Positions 47,039 through 57,200 of a DNA stretch of 64,000 nt are shown here, piece by piece (position 1 is the first letter of the stretch; every line of letters begins with the position of its first letter). The stretch is from a virus. Location: the IMG/VR virus record IMGVR_UViG_3300042353_000076, positions 3,267-67,266 of that record. One strand, written 5' to 3'. The notes under the pieces are model-generated. The model was given only the letters and a program-made list of their open reading frames with translations. It had not been told where the DNA came from and ran no database searches. The position numbers and the translations under genes are program-made.

Positions 47039-48927
47039 TGGATACATTTCAAAAGTTTATTGCTATCAGTCGCTACAGTCGTTGGCTTGATAAAGAAAAT
47101 CGTAGAGAGACTTGGGATGAGACTGTCGATAGATGGTGGAATTACTTTACTGGTAAAGCCCCTGTCCTTTTGACACGGACAGATATCAGAGATGCTATTC
47201 TTAATCTTGAAGTACTGCCAAGTATGCGGGGGTTGATGACCGCAGGTCCAGCATTGGATCGTGATCATACTGCCCTATACAATTGCTCATACATTGAGAT
47301 TAATAAAACAACTTCCTTCTCCAATCTCATGTACATTCTTATGTGCGGTACTGGAGTAGGCTATACGGTTGAGCGTAGATGCACCGACAAATTTGGGACT
47401 ATCCCAACAATACATAAGATGTTTGATACAGTTATGTTTGTTGAGGATAGCCGCGAGGGTTGGTGTGATGCACTTAACAATCTACTTGACAATCTTTACA
47501 AGGGTATCCACATTAAGTGGGACACAAGTAAGATTCGTAAGTCAGGTGAAAGACTAAAGACCTTTGGTGGTAGAGCAAGCGGTCCTGCCCCACTAGAAGA
47601 AGTCTTTAGATTTGTAGTACAGACATTCTATTCTGCCCAAGGTCGTAGACTTACGCCCCTTGAGTGCCATGATATCTGCTGCAAGATTGCTCAGTCAGTC
47701 ATCGTGGGTGGTGTACGCCGCTCCGCTATGATCTCTCTAAGCGACCTAGCAGACCGTGAGATGGCTACTTGCAAGAGTGGTGCGTGGTGGCAAGCCTCAA
47801 GTCATCGTGCCTTAGCAAACAACTCAGCCATCTACAATGGCAGACCATCAATGGGTCAGTTCCTTGAAGAGTGGACAGACTTATACAACTCCCATAGTGG
47901 AGAGCGTGGTCTTTGTAATCGTGATGCAATGAAGAACATTGCTGTCAAGGCAGAGCGTGGTGAGGATCATTACTATGGAACGAATCCATGTAGTGAGATC
48001 ATCCTACGCCCTAATCAATTTTGTAATCTATCTACTGTTGTTGTCAATGCAACTGATACACAAGAGTCGTTAGAAAAGAAAATTGAAATGGCTACCATCA
48101 TTGGCACTATCCAAAGCATGTTCACTTATTTTCCTTACCTAGCCAAAGATAAGACATGGCAAGATAACTGTGAAGAAGAGAGACTGCTTGGTGTATCCAT
48201 GACAGGTATCTTTGATAACAAGTTGATGTCCGGTCTACTAGGACATGGCAGACTTAAGTATGTCCTTGAGGATCTACGAGAGACAGCCATCAAGACTAAC
48301 CTTGACTGGTCTAAGAAGCTGGGTATCAACCCAAGTAAATCAATTACTTGTATTAAACCAGAAGGTACAACTTCATGTCTTGCTTCGTCAGCCAGCGGAT
48401 TACATCCCCGGTATGCTGAGCATTACTTTAGAAGAGTCCGTATCGACAAGAAGGATCCACTCTACTTTATGATGCGAGATGCCCAAGTACCAGTAGAAGA
48501 CTGTGTAATGAATGCGGATTCAACTGCAGTCTTTACCTTTGTTCAGGCTGCTCCATCGGGATCACTAACTCAGAATGAACTATCAGCTATTGATCATCTT
48601 AACTTATGGTTAACCTATCAAGAGCATTACTGTCAGCACAAGCCAAGCATTACTGTTAACTATGCTGACAATGAATTCCTACCTGTTGGACAATGGGTAT
48701 GGGAAAACTTTGATAAGATCTCTGGTATATCTTTCTTACCAAAGTCAGATCATATCTATGCACAAGCTCCCTTTGAATCTATATCACTAGAAACTTACAA
48801 TTCGTTTCCTGTTATAGATGTAGACTTTAATCATCTCTCTTTATATGAGAAGACAGACACAACAACATCATCTCACACTTTAGCCTGTACTGCAGGAGCT
48901 TGTGAGATAATAGATTTAACAGGATAA
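47038..48927 (+). CDS. nrdJ: Class II (B12-dependent) ribonucleotide reductase
   Basis: PSMR, NCSY, GGVRRSAMI, TNPCSEI, CNL, KPEGT and C-terminal ACTAGACE; no beta-subunit gene nearby. Confidence 0.9.
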   Translation: MDTFQKFIAISRYSRWLDKENRRETWDETVDRWWNYFTGKAPVLLTRTDIRDAILNLEVLPSMRGLMTAGPALDRDHTALYNCSYIEINKTTSFSNLMYILMCGTGVGYTVERRCTDKFGTIPTIHKMFDTVMFVEDSREGWCDALNNLLDNLYKGIHIKWDTSKIRKSGERLKTFGGRASGPAPLEEVFRFVVQTFYSAQGRRLTPLECHDICCKIAQSVIVGGVRRSAMISLSDLADREMATCKSGAWWQASSHRALANNSAIYNGRPSMGQFLEEWTDLYNSHSGERGLCNRDAMKNIAVKAERGEDHYYGTNPCSEIILRPNQFCNLSTVVVNATDTQESLEKKIEMATIIGTIQSMFTYFPYLAKDKTWQDNCEEERLLGVSMTGIFDNKLMSGLLGHGRLKYVLEDLRETAIKTNLDWSKKLGINPSKSITCIKPEGTTSCLASSASGLHPRYAEHYFRRVRIDKKDPLYFMMRDAQVPVEDCVMNADSTAVFTFVQAAPSGSLTQNELSAIDHLNLWLTYQEHYCQHKPSITVNYADNEFLPVGQWVWENFDKISGISFLPKSDHIYAQAPFESISLETYNSFPVIDVDFNHLSLYEKTDTTTSSHTLACTAGACEIIDLTG

Positions 48928-48930
48928 ACA

Positions 48931-49761
48931 ATGGCAAGAAAAAAGAAACCAACAATGGAAGAAAGAACAGCTTCTATTGCTGCTCTCACTGCACAACAGA
49001 CTGAACTCAAAGAAGATATTGCTGGTGTTCAAGGTGGTCTTTTAAACATGACAGATGTAGGACAAGCGTCTTATTTCTCTGCCACTAAAGAGACTGCCCT
49101 GACTAAGAAAGACCAGCTTAATTTTGCTGATGTCTACAATCCTCTCTATGAAAAGATGAAGGATGTTCGTTTTACTGTGGGTGAGGATATAACCACAGCA
49201 AATAATGATGCTGCCTTCTATGTGTTTAATCCAGAGACTGAAGCAAAGCGACAAACTGATGAGCAGATGGGTGCAATTACCAAACAGAATGAAGAATTTG
49301 ATCTACAGCAGCAACGCATCACTGAGTTTCTAAAACAAAAAGGTGAAGCACAAAAGGTTGGTGTTCTAGAACAATATCTTTCATCAGTAACAAAGAATGC
49401 ACAAACAGGGTATAGTAGAAGCACAGATGCTGGCTTTGATATGGATGCATACAAGGCAGCTAGGAATAAAGATAAAAGCTTTAGCTACGATGCTAATAGA
49501 AATAAAATCTATAGCTATAAGCTACCCGAAGAAGTAGCCGCTGCTAAACTACAGACTCTTAGAGATGTAGAAACGCTACGCTTTAGATCTGATCCTACTT
49601 TACAGAATACCCAAACAGAAAAATACGAAACAGTACTTGAAAAACAATTAGCTCAGTTGAATAAATCAATTGCTAAACAAACCAAGCAGCAAACTAAAGC
49701 TGCAAATAAGCAAGCAAAGCAAGCAGCTAAGGCTGCAAAGAAAGCCAGTAAGAACACATGA
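48931..49761 (+). CDS. Hypothetical protein with K/A-rich C-terminus
   Basis: 276 aa; AGGA RBS. Confidence 0.6.
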   Translation: MARKKKPTMEERTASIAALTAQQTELKEDIAGVQGGLLNMTDVGQASYFSATKETALTKKDQLNFADVYNPLYEKMKDVRFTVGEDITTANNDAAFYVFNPETEAKRQTDEQMGAITKQNEEFDLQQQRITEFLKQKGEAQKVGVLEQYLSSVTKNAQTGYSRSTDAGFDMDAYKAARNKDKSFSYDANRNKIYSYKLPEEVAAAKLQTLRDVETLRFRSDPTLQNTQTEKYETVLEKQLAQLNKSIAKQTKQQTKAANKQAKQAAKAAKKASKNT

Positions 49762-49946
49762 TTACTAATATTCAACAATCGAAGACTCGCTTAGCTTTAT
49801 CTACCCCAATAGATTTACCTGAAGTTAAACAGTTGATTAAAGATCTCTATGTTCAGATAGAAGAGTTAAAAAATGAAATCAGAAAAGTATCCGAGAATAG
49901 ACCCAGACCTGATAAAAATTCTGGAAGAACTATACAAGCCCCTTGA
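49758..49946 (+). CDS. Hypothetical protein
   Basis: 62 aa; ATGA coupling. Confidence 0.45.
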   Translation: MITNIQQSKTRLALSTPIDLPEVKQLIKDLYVQIEELKNEIRKVSENRPRPDKNSGRTIQAP

Positions 49947-50064
49947 ATACGATGCTGACTGTGAAGAAAGCAAGTTTGCAAGACGATCTGCATTTAGGGC
50001 AGGGCAAATAGAAGTCGTAAACAAATTAAAAGCTGTGCTAAAGCAACAGCAAGGAGGCAAGTAA
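49873..50064 (+). CDS. Conserved small pre-portal protein
   Basis: 63 aa; P.I...L+..LE..Y.P...AGQ..VV..LK pattern seen upstream of the portal in T7-like phages. Confidence 0.6.
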   Translation: MKSEKYPRIDPDLIKILEELYKPLEYDADCEESKFARRSAFRAGQIEVVNKLKAVLKQQQGGK

Positions 50065-50065
50065 C

Positions 50066-50398
50066 ATGGGTGGAAGCCCTAGTATTAGTGGTGGTATGAC
50101 ATATAATGAACAAAAGAAACTGATGGATGACGAACGCGCCTTCCAAAAGGAACAAGAAGAAGAGCGTAGAAAAGCAGCAGAAGATTCCGAGACTCGCCGT
50201 GTTGCTAGAGAAGCTATTGCTATGGCTAGAACCAAGGCAGATGAGCAAGCAGCAGTCCAGACATCTACGGCTGCAGAACAAGAAGCAATCATGGAAGCTC
50301 AGTCACAGTCTGAAGCACAGAGTACTAGAGGTATTCAAGGTGGTAACGCTAAGGCATTAGATTTTTATTCCGCATTATATAATGGTGTATCTACATAA
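50066..50398 (+). CDS. Putative virion assembly protein (gp6.7/7.3-position)
   Basis: 110 aa starting MGGSP, charged helical; strong AGGAGG RBS; immediately before the portal. Confidence 0.55.
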   Translation: MGGSPSISGGMTYNEQKKLMDDERAFQKEQEEERRKAAEDSETRRVAREAIAMARTKADEQAAVQTSTAAEQEAIMEAQSQSEAQSTRGIQGGNAKALDFYSALYNGVST

Positions 50399-50408
50399 AG
50401 GAGTGTAA

Positions 50409-52022
50409 ATGAAAAACAATCTTGTTGAACGCTTCCGAATGTTAGATGCAATGCGAACATCTAAACTATACCGTGCTCGGCTATGTGCCGCACTAACTGT
50501 TCCAAGTCTTCTCCCACCTTCGGGTTGGACGGAAGAGATGGAACTACCACAGCCAACATCCTCTGTTGGTGCGAGAGGTGTGACTTCATTAGCTAGTCGA
50601 ATGCTGTCAGCAATGATGCCTTTGAATGACACACCCTTTTTTAAATTTGGTCTTCGGTCTGGTGTAGAACCAACCGCAGAAATTGGACAGTATCTTGAGA
50701 CTATGAGTTATCAAGTCTATCGCAAACTTATTGGTACTAACCTAAGAGAAACAATCTTTCAAACAATACAAAATTTAATTGTAGTTGGAGATTGTTTAGT
50801 ACATGAGATGGATGACTTTAAGTTTAGAGTTACTCGTCTAGATAACTATGCTGTACAGCGTACCGTTGCTGGAGATGTCAATGAAATTATTCATATTGAA
50901 TATGATCTTGTAGACCCAGAAGCAATTAGTCCTCACTTCTCTTTACCCGAATCCGCTAAGAGAGGTTACAAAAAAACATATTGTCAATATCTCAAGGAGG
51001 ACAACCTATGGAAGTACACAAAGGAAGACGGCGATGGGAACCTACTGACAAGCGGTGTCTACGAAGTATGTCCTGTGACGGTACTACGGTGGTACGGCAT
51101 ACCCGGAGAAAACTACGGGAGATCGCACTGCGAAGATATCCTAGGCGACCTATCAAGTCTTGATGGTTATACTAAGGCATTGCTTGATGGCATGGCAGCA
51201 GCCTCAGCCTTCTGGATGGGCATTGATCCATCCGGTATTACTGAGGTAGACGATGTTGCTGATGCACCCAATGGCTCATGGATTCCCGTGAGACAAGCAG
51301 ATGTGTTTGTACTGTCACCATCACAGACAATGAACCCACAGATTTCAGCTGCTCAGACCGCTGTTGAAACTATGCGTAGAGAAATTGGTCAGGCATTCTT
51401 AATGTCTGCCTCCTCACTACCAAGTGGTGACCGCGTGACTGCTACCGCTGTTCGTATGATTGGTTCTGAACTTGAGACAGTCTTAGGTGGAGCATTCAGT
51501 GCTATCGCTAGAGATCTCATGGAACCAATTGTCAAGCGATCTGTATTTTTAATGATTGAAAACGAAGAACTTGATACAAGAATGTATGAACAGTTCTTTG
51601 ATGATGAAGGTGTATTATCTATTGAAGTAATTACTGGTCTTCAAGCCCTAAGTCGTGACACTGATTTGCAAAAGCTTATGCAGATGGGCGAGATGGTTCG
51701 CAATCTACCTGAGCAAGCAGCCGCTGCGTTTAAATGGGAAGAGTATGCTAGAGCGTTGATTACTTCTCTTGGCTTTGATGCCCGTAATTGGGTACGATCA
51801 GCTGAAGATATTCAGCAAGAGCAAATGATGATGCAACAACAACAGGCTCAGCAGCAGATGGCTCAGGCTTCCACACAGGCAACTGCTGGAGCAATGGGTA
51901 ACATCATGGCACAGGCAGGACAACAAGATCTCGCACAGAATGGTGGACAAGGTATCATGAATGTTCTTCAGAACTCTGGTGCTGACATGTCTGCATTTAC
52001 AGGAGGACAACCTAATGGCTAA
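50409..52022 (+). CDS. Portal (head-to-tail connector, gp8-like)
   Basis: LTVPSL, SVGARGV..LAS+, GENYGRS..E...GDL and RVTAT.VR....ELE..LGG motifs. Confidence 0.96.
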   Translation: MKNNLVERFRMLDAMRTSKLYRARLCAALTVPSLLPPSGWTEEMELPQPTSSVGARGVTSLASRMLSAMMPLNDTPFFKFGLRSGVEPTAEIGQYLETMSYQVYRKLIGTNLRETIFQTIQNLIVVGDCLVHEMDDFKFRVTRLDNYAVQRTVAGDVNEIIHIEYDLVDPEAISPHFSLPESAKRGYKKTYCQYLKEDNLWKYTKEDGDGNLLTSGVYEVCPVTVLRWYGIPGENYGRSHCEDILGDLSSLDGYTKALLDGMAAASAFWMGIDPSGITEVDDVADAPNGSWIPVRQADVFVLSPSQTMNPQISAAQTAVETMRREIGQAFLMSASSLPSGDRVTATAVRMIGSELETVLGGAFSAIARDLMEPIVKRSVFLMIENEELDTRMYEQFFDDEGVLSIEVITGLQALSRDTDLQKLMQMGEMVRNLPEQAAAAFKWEEYARALITSLGFDARNWVRSAEDIQQEQMMMQQQQAQQQMAQASTQATAGAMGNIMAQAGQQDLAQNGGQGIMNVLQNSGADMSAFTGGQPNG

Positions 52023-52311
52023 GAAAGTTAATAAAGCTAGCATGTCTTGTAACAAACCCACTAAGTCTCCTAACCCCAATAAGAAGCGGGTAGTAAAGGC
52101 TTGTGCTAATGGGCAAGAGAAGATCATTCATTATGGAGCAGCAGGATATGGTAACAACTATAGTCCTGAAGCTCGTAAGTCTTTCAAGGCTAGACATAAG
52201 TGTGATTCCGCAAGTAATAAACTCACTGCTAAATACTGGGCATGCAAAGACCTATGGGGTGGACCCGGTAAGTCTAAGACATCATGTCCTAAAAATAGAA
52301 AATGTAAGTAA
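52015..52311 (+). CDS. Basic conserved phage protein
   Basis: ATG 52015 after AGGAGG; RKSFKARH.C...K.TA.YW+C..LW motif, widespread in aquatic phages. Confidence 0.65.
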   Translation: MAKKVNKASMSCNKPTKSPNPNKKRVVKACANGQEKIIHYGAAGYGNNYSPEARKSFKARHKCDSASNKLTAKYWACKDLWGGPGKSKTSCPKNRKCK

Positions 52312-53651
52312 TGAGTACCAGTAAAGCATTACAACAGCAGCAATTATTAAATAAGAAATTACAAACTCTGTTATCTTCTTCTTTAAAAAAAACAGCTGAG
52401 CTTACAGTTGCTTTAGAAACTAAAGTTCAAACCACAAAGTTTGAAGGAATGTTAGCAGAAAAAGCAGAGGTAACACATACACACACATTATCCAATTTAA
52501 CGCAAAGTGGAGCTACTTTAAATCAAGTACCCCAATGGAATGGAAGCGCATGGGCGGCGGCAACCGTAGCGGGTGGGGGCGGTGTTGGATTAGGTGGTAC
52601 AAATGTTTGGACTGCTCTTAACACCTTCTCTACTACAACCGCATCAACATCGTCTGCTACGGGTGCTTTGCTTGTTTCGGGTGGTGTTGGTATTGCTAAA
52701 GATTCCTACATCAACGGACACAAGATTGGTCGTGGTGCGGGAGACTTCGATACCAACATTGCAATCGGTCGGCTTGCGCTTGGCACAAATTCTGGCACAA
52801 GTGTTACGGCTATTGGTGTTCAGGCGGCAGATGTAAACACGGGGAATACTGTGTTGGCGTTTGGGTATCAAGCGGCGTACCAAAATAAATCCAATGATCT
52901 AGTTGCTATTGGTCCCGGTTCAGGAGTTTCTAACACAGGCGTAAACAATGTTTTTGTAGGTGGCAATGCAGGAACTGCCAACAACGCCGCAAACTGCATT
53001 GCGATTGGTTTTAATGCCGGTGCAAGCAATCTTGGTGCTGGTCTTACGGCTATTGGCTCTGCGGCAGGTGCTGCAAACAAGGTAGGCGGTCAATTCTTAG
53101 TTGCTATTGGAGCAAGTGCAGGATATGGCAATGCTGGATACGGAAGTACGGCAATCGGATATGTGGCACTAAGTGCTAGTTGTTCAGGAAATCGAAATAC
53201 TGTAATCGGTAGTAATGCTATGGATGCTGCCACAACAGCAACCAACAATACTGCTCTGGGCGCACACTCGCTTGGTGCAGTAACAACAGGCGCAAGCAAT
53301 ACGGCATTGGGTGGCTACGCTTGTGACTTGCTTACTACAGGCAGCAACAATGTAGTCATTGGATTTGAATCCGATGTTGCCGCTGTCGGTGACACTAACT
53401 CAATCGTCATCGGCAAGGGCGCAGTTGGGCTTGGAACTAACACAACTGTCATCGGCGTAACTGCAACAACATCCACCAAACTGTTTGGCTCGTTGCTGAT
53501 TACAGGTGACACCGTATCGGTTGCCACTCAGAAGACCCCAGCCTCTGCTACAGCAACAGGCACCAAGGGGGACATCGTTCACGACACCAACTACATCTAT
53601 GTCTGCACGGCTACCAACACTTGGAAGCGTGTAGCAATCTCTACTTGGTAA
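52311..53651 (+). CDS. Fibre/adhesin-like protein with YadA-head-like 14-residue repeats
   Basis: Repeated NxAIG..A units; C-terminal TPASATATGTKGDI..D.NYIYVCTATNTWKR fibre-tip motif. Confidence 0.75.
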   Translation: MSTSKALQQQQLLNKKLQTLLSSSLKKTAELTVALETKVQTTKFEGMLAEKAEVTHTHTLSNLTQSGATLNQVPQWNGSAWAAATVAGGGGVGLGGTNVWTALNTFSTTTASTSSATGALLVSGGVGIAKDSYINGHKIGRGAGDFDTNIAIGRLALGTNSGTSVTAIGVQAADVNTGNTVLAFGYQAAYQNKSNDLVAIGPGSGVSNTGVNNVFVGGNAGTANNAANCIAIGFNAGASNLGAGLTAIGSAAGAANKVGGQFLVAIGASAGYGNAGYGSTAIGYVALSASCSGNRNTVIGSNAMDAATTATNNTALGAHSLGAVTTGASNTALGGYACDLLTTGSNNVVIGFESDVAAVGDTNSIVIGKGAVGLGTNTTVIGVTATTSTKLFGSLLITGDTVSVATQKTPASATATGTKGDIVHDTNYIYVCTATNTWKRVAISTW

Positions 53652-53654
53652 AAC

Positions 53655-53753
53655 ATGGCAAAAAAAACATACAAATGTAACTGTGGTAAGACTACCACAT
53701 GCACGGGCAAAGACGCTACAAAGATAGTGTACCCAAAGAAAGATAAAAAATAA
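53655..53753 (+). CDS. Small basic Cys-containing peptide
   Basis: 32 aa MAKKTYKCNCGKTTTCTGKDATKIVYPKKDKK; TAATG coupling to the next gene; not in the ORF track. Confidence 0.45.
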   Translation: MAKKTYKCNCGKTTTCTGKDATKIVYPKKDKK

Positions 53754-54268
53754 TGATTCATACACACACAATGTCACAGTTAAAGACTGTGCAAGAGCCA
53801 ATGAAGCTTTTAAAAGCAACTAATGTAACTAATGTAGCTGCTGCTTCTTTACCTATTGAAGTACCTACATTAACAGCTCCAATAACTACTGGTAGTTGTG
53901 TTGTTATTTCTTCATCTGCTTTAAACTATTTAAAATTAGTTCCTATTTTAAGCACAAATACAGTACCTACTGGACAAGCTATTAGAGTAACAGGTTATTC
54001 AATCTCTGATGCTGGTTTCTATATACCACAATTGTTATTCTATGGTTCTGCTAGTGCTATGAATACAACTGCAACCACAACGGTTGGAGGGAGTATTATG
54101 TATGCAGTAGCAACATTAAATAAAACTGAAGGTGATGCTAAAATTTATAGCTCAACTACAAGCAAATCAACATCGTTCTTGCTTATAGATACACTTGGTT
54201 GCCAACTTTTAAAGATTGAATTTGTTGGTGCATCAGGCACAAGTAATGCTTTCTATGGAGCAATGTAA
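53753..54268 (+). CDS. Hypothetical virion-associated protein
   Basis: 171 aa, beta-rich T/S/A composition; coupled at both ends. Confidence 0.55.
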   Translation: MIHTHTMSQLKTVQEPMKLLKATNVTNVAAASLPIEVPTLTAPITTGSCVVISSSALNYLKLVPILSTNTVPTGQAIRVTGYSISDAGFYIPQLLFYGSASAMNTTATTTVGGSIMYAVATLNKTEGDAKIYSSTTSKSTSFLLIDTLGCQLLKIEFVGASGTSNAFYGAM

Positions 54269-57200
54269 TGCATCGTAATCGAACATGGACTTTAGATCCT
54301 CCTGAATGGAGGACACAACGGAATCGTTTACTTCCTATAGAGGGAGGAGATGGTTCTACATTGAACTTAGATTTTACTAAGGGTATACTTGATCCACGGC
54401 TGACCTTCAGCAGAGCCAGTACTGCGACCTTTGTGAACTCAAGTGGGTATATGGAGTACGCAGGGGCTAACACTGCTCCGTATTCTGAATTGCTAACTAC
54501 AGGCTTAGGCTACACCGATAATGCAATCCTATCGCGGTCAACCACTACATCACCAACAGGCAACACTGCTGTTGTGTTCTATCCAACACTAGTTTCGGAT
54601 TATCATCGACTGCAATTCGGCGCACCAATTGCAATGGTTGGCGCAACAACAATTAGTGTTTATGTAAAGCAAATTGGATCAGATTACCGAGTTGGTATTA
54701 ACGCAACTGGATATGTGGCTGCTTCTGTAATCTTTAGTTTAGTTGGTGCTGGGAGTGTGATAGGGGCAGTTGGTGGAACTGCGCCAAACCGAGCAGCGAC
54801 AATTACTAAGGTAACTGATGACGGTTGGTATCGAATTACACTTACGGGAACTTATACCTCACTTTCAAGTGTATATGTGTTCATGGCTTCTTCCACAGCA
54901 ACAGACCCCACAGGCTTAAATTTTATTGGTGTTGAAGCCCAAGGCGTTGCCATTTGGGGCTTGCAGATAAACCCCGGATCCACCGCTCAAACCTACTACC
55001 CAACAACCACAGCGGCATATCACGCCCCTCGCTTCGACTACAGCCCTACGACCATTGGGGAGCCAAGGGGACTGCTGATTGAAGGGCAAGCGACAAATTT
55101 GGCGCGTTTTAGCGAAAATTGTGGAAACACCGCAAATGGTTGGTGGTCGCTCACAGGCGCTGGTAGTACATTAAACAGCCAGACCAAGACATCCCCGGCG
55201 AACACTAGTACAGCGAGTGAAATATCATTCGGTACATCGACAAACTCTAATACTTATGTTTATGTTGGTACTTCTGCAATAACTTACACAGGTTCAATAT
55301 ATGTACGGCTTGTAAGTGGCAACCCGGCGATCAATATACGAGTCTATAACAGCACTACCGGAATCGCTACTTTTACTCCGATTACTGTCACATCCACATG
55401 GGCAAAATATTCGGTTTCGTTTACTGGCGGTGCATCCTTTGTTGAGTTCGGTGTCCAATCGCCACACGCAACAACGGTAGTAGTGGACGTTTGGGGCGCA
55501 CAAGTCGAAGTAGGTTCCGGCGCATCCTCCTACATCCCTACGGGTGCGAGTGGGGTCACGCGGAATGCGGATGGTGTTGTGATGTCAGACATATCTAGTC
55601 TTTCGTTCAACCAATCTAAAGGAACTATTTACTCGCAACTTGAGATTCGTGAAAGAGACAGAGACACATTCCCCGCATACGGGGTGTTTAATGCTAGCGC
55701 AGGAAGTCGTTGTTGGTGGTTTATGCGACATAATCACAGTAATGCATCAGGGCAACGCATACTCGGAAACGCATTTAACACTGCTAATACTAGTATTATT
55801 AATGGCTCCTCTCTTTCGCATCCTCAGACTGGCGTATTTAGGTTTGCCACATCACTTGATACATCTGCTTCAAGAATGGTCTATGTTGCTAATGGTGAAT
55901 CTCCGGACATAAATACAGCGGCAAGTTTTACTTTGGCAACAGCAGTAGAGATGAGCATAAACAAGAACCCTGATTTAGCGGCTACTGAACTTGGTTCTAT
56001 GTGGCTTCAAACTCTTAAGTATTTTCCTACTGCTCTTTCGGATACACAACTTAAAACCATTACCAATCCTACATATGTTGCACCTACTTTAGATTTAGAT
56101 TTTGTACCTATGACTACTGGTGCAGACCTAACAAATAAAGGAATAACTTTTACCCGGCTTAGTAATGCAACCTTTATAAACTCAAGCGGATATGTAGATC
56201 ATGCTGGTGCGAACTTGTTGTTGTATTCCGCATATGCAGATACAAATTGGATTCCTTACGGTACTTATGCAAAGGCATACACCACAGGAATTACAAGTCC
56301 AATAGGTGATACAACTGCTGCGCGTATTACTTTTAATAATGTTACTAATGGGTTGTACTACAACAGTGCTTCTTTAGGATCTCCAAATATTGTGGGTGCA
56401 ACATACACAATGAGTGCATGGATTCGCGCTACTGACACAACAGCAAATCCCGCTATAAGATTTGGTGATTCAGGAGTAGCTGCTGGAGCAAATATTCCAA
56501 TTACTACTACTTGGACTCGTTATTCATACACTTATAATAATGCAGTATCTGCTAGTTCTCCATTAATACAGAGTGCATCAGGAACAGCAACTGGTCAGTT
56601 TGAGATGTGGGGGTTCCAACTTAACCCCGGCTCTACCGCTCAAACCTACTACCCAACGACCACAGCGGCATACTACGCCCCTCGGTTTGACAGTTCAATT
56701 CTTACAAGCCGTACTAATTTAATATTACAATCCAATAACTTTACTATAGCAGGAGGTACACCTTGGGCGCAAAAAAATGGCACACACTCTGTAACTCTTA
56801 CAGCTGATACAGCACCACCCGGATTTAGTGGTACTGCTACAAAACTAACAGCAAGTAATGTTAATGCTGGTATAATACAAGCACTTAGTGTTCCAGCTAT
56901 TTCTGGTAAGACAGCAAGAATTTCATTTTATGCAAAATCAAATGCACTTACTGAACAAACCTGTTTTTTACAACAGGCTTCTAGTTTGTTGTCTGCTGTA
57001 ACAATACCTACAACATGGACAAGAATAGATCTGTCAGTCGGAACTAATGCTATCACTGAAATTACTTTAAAAGGATTTATAGATCCACTTGATATATCTA
57101 TTTATGGTATGCAAGTTGAATATGTAACAAGTGGTGGAGCTACCGACTATATCCCAACAACAACAGCCTCAGTTACAGTCAATACAACAGAACCGAAAGG

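Noticed and set aside
33873-48927. Introns, inteins or homing endonucleases in RNAP, polymerase, helicase or RNR
   Set aside because: All have uninterrupted frames of normal or compact length and no HNH, GIY-YIG, LAGLIDADG or intein terminal motifs.
54970-56691. Diversity-generating retroelement TR/VR pair
   Set aside because: Differences are not adenine-specific and are mostly synonymous, both copies lie in frame within one gene, and no reverse transcriptase is encoded.
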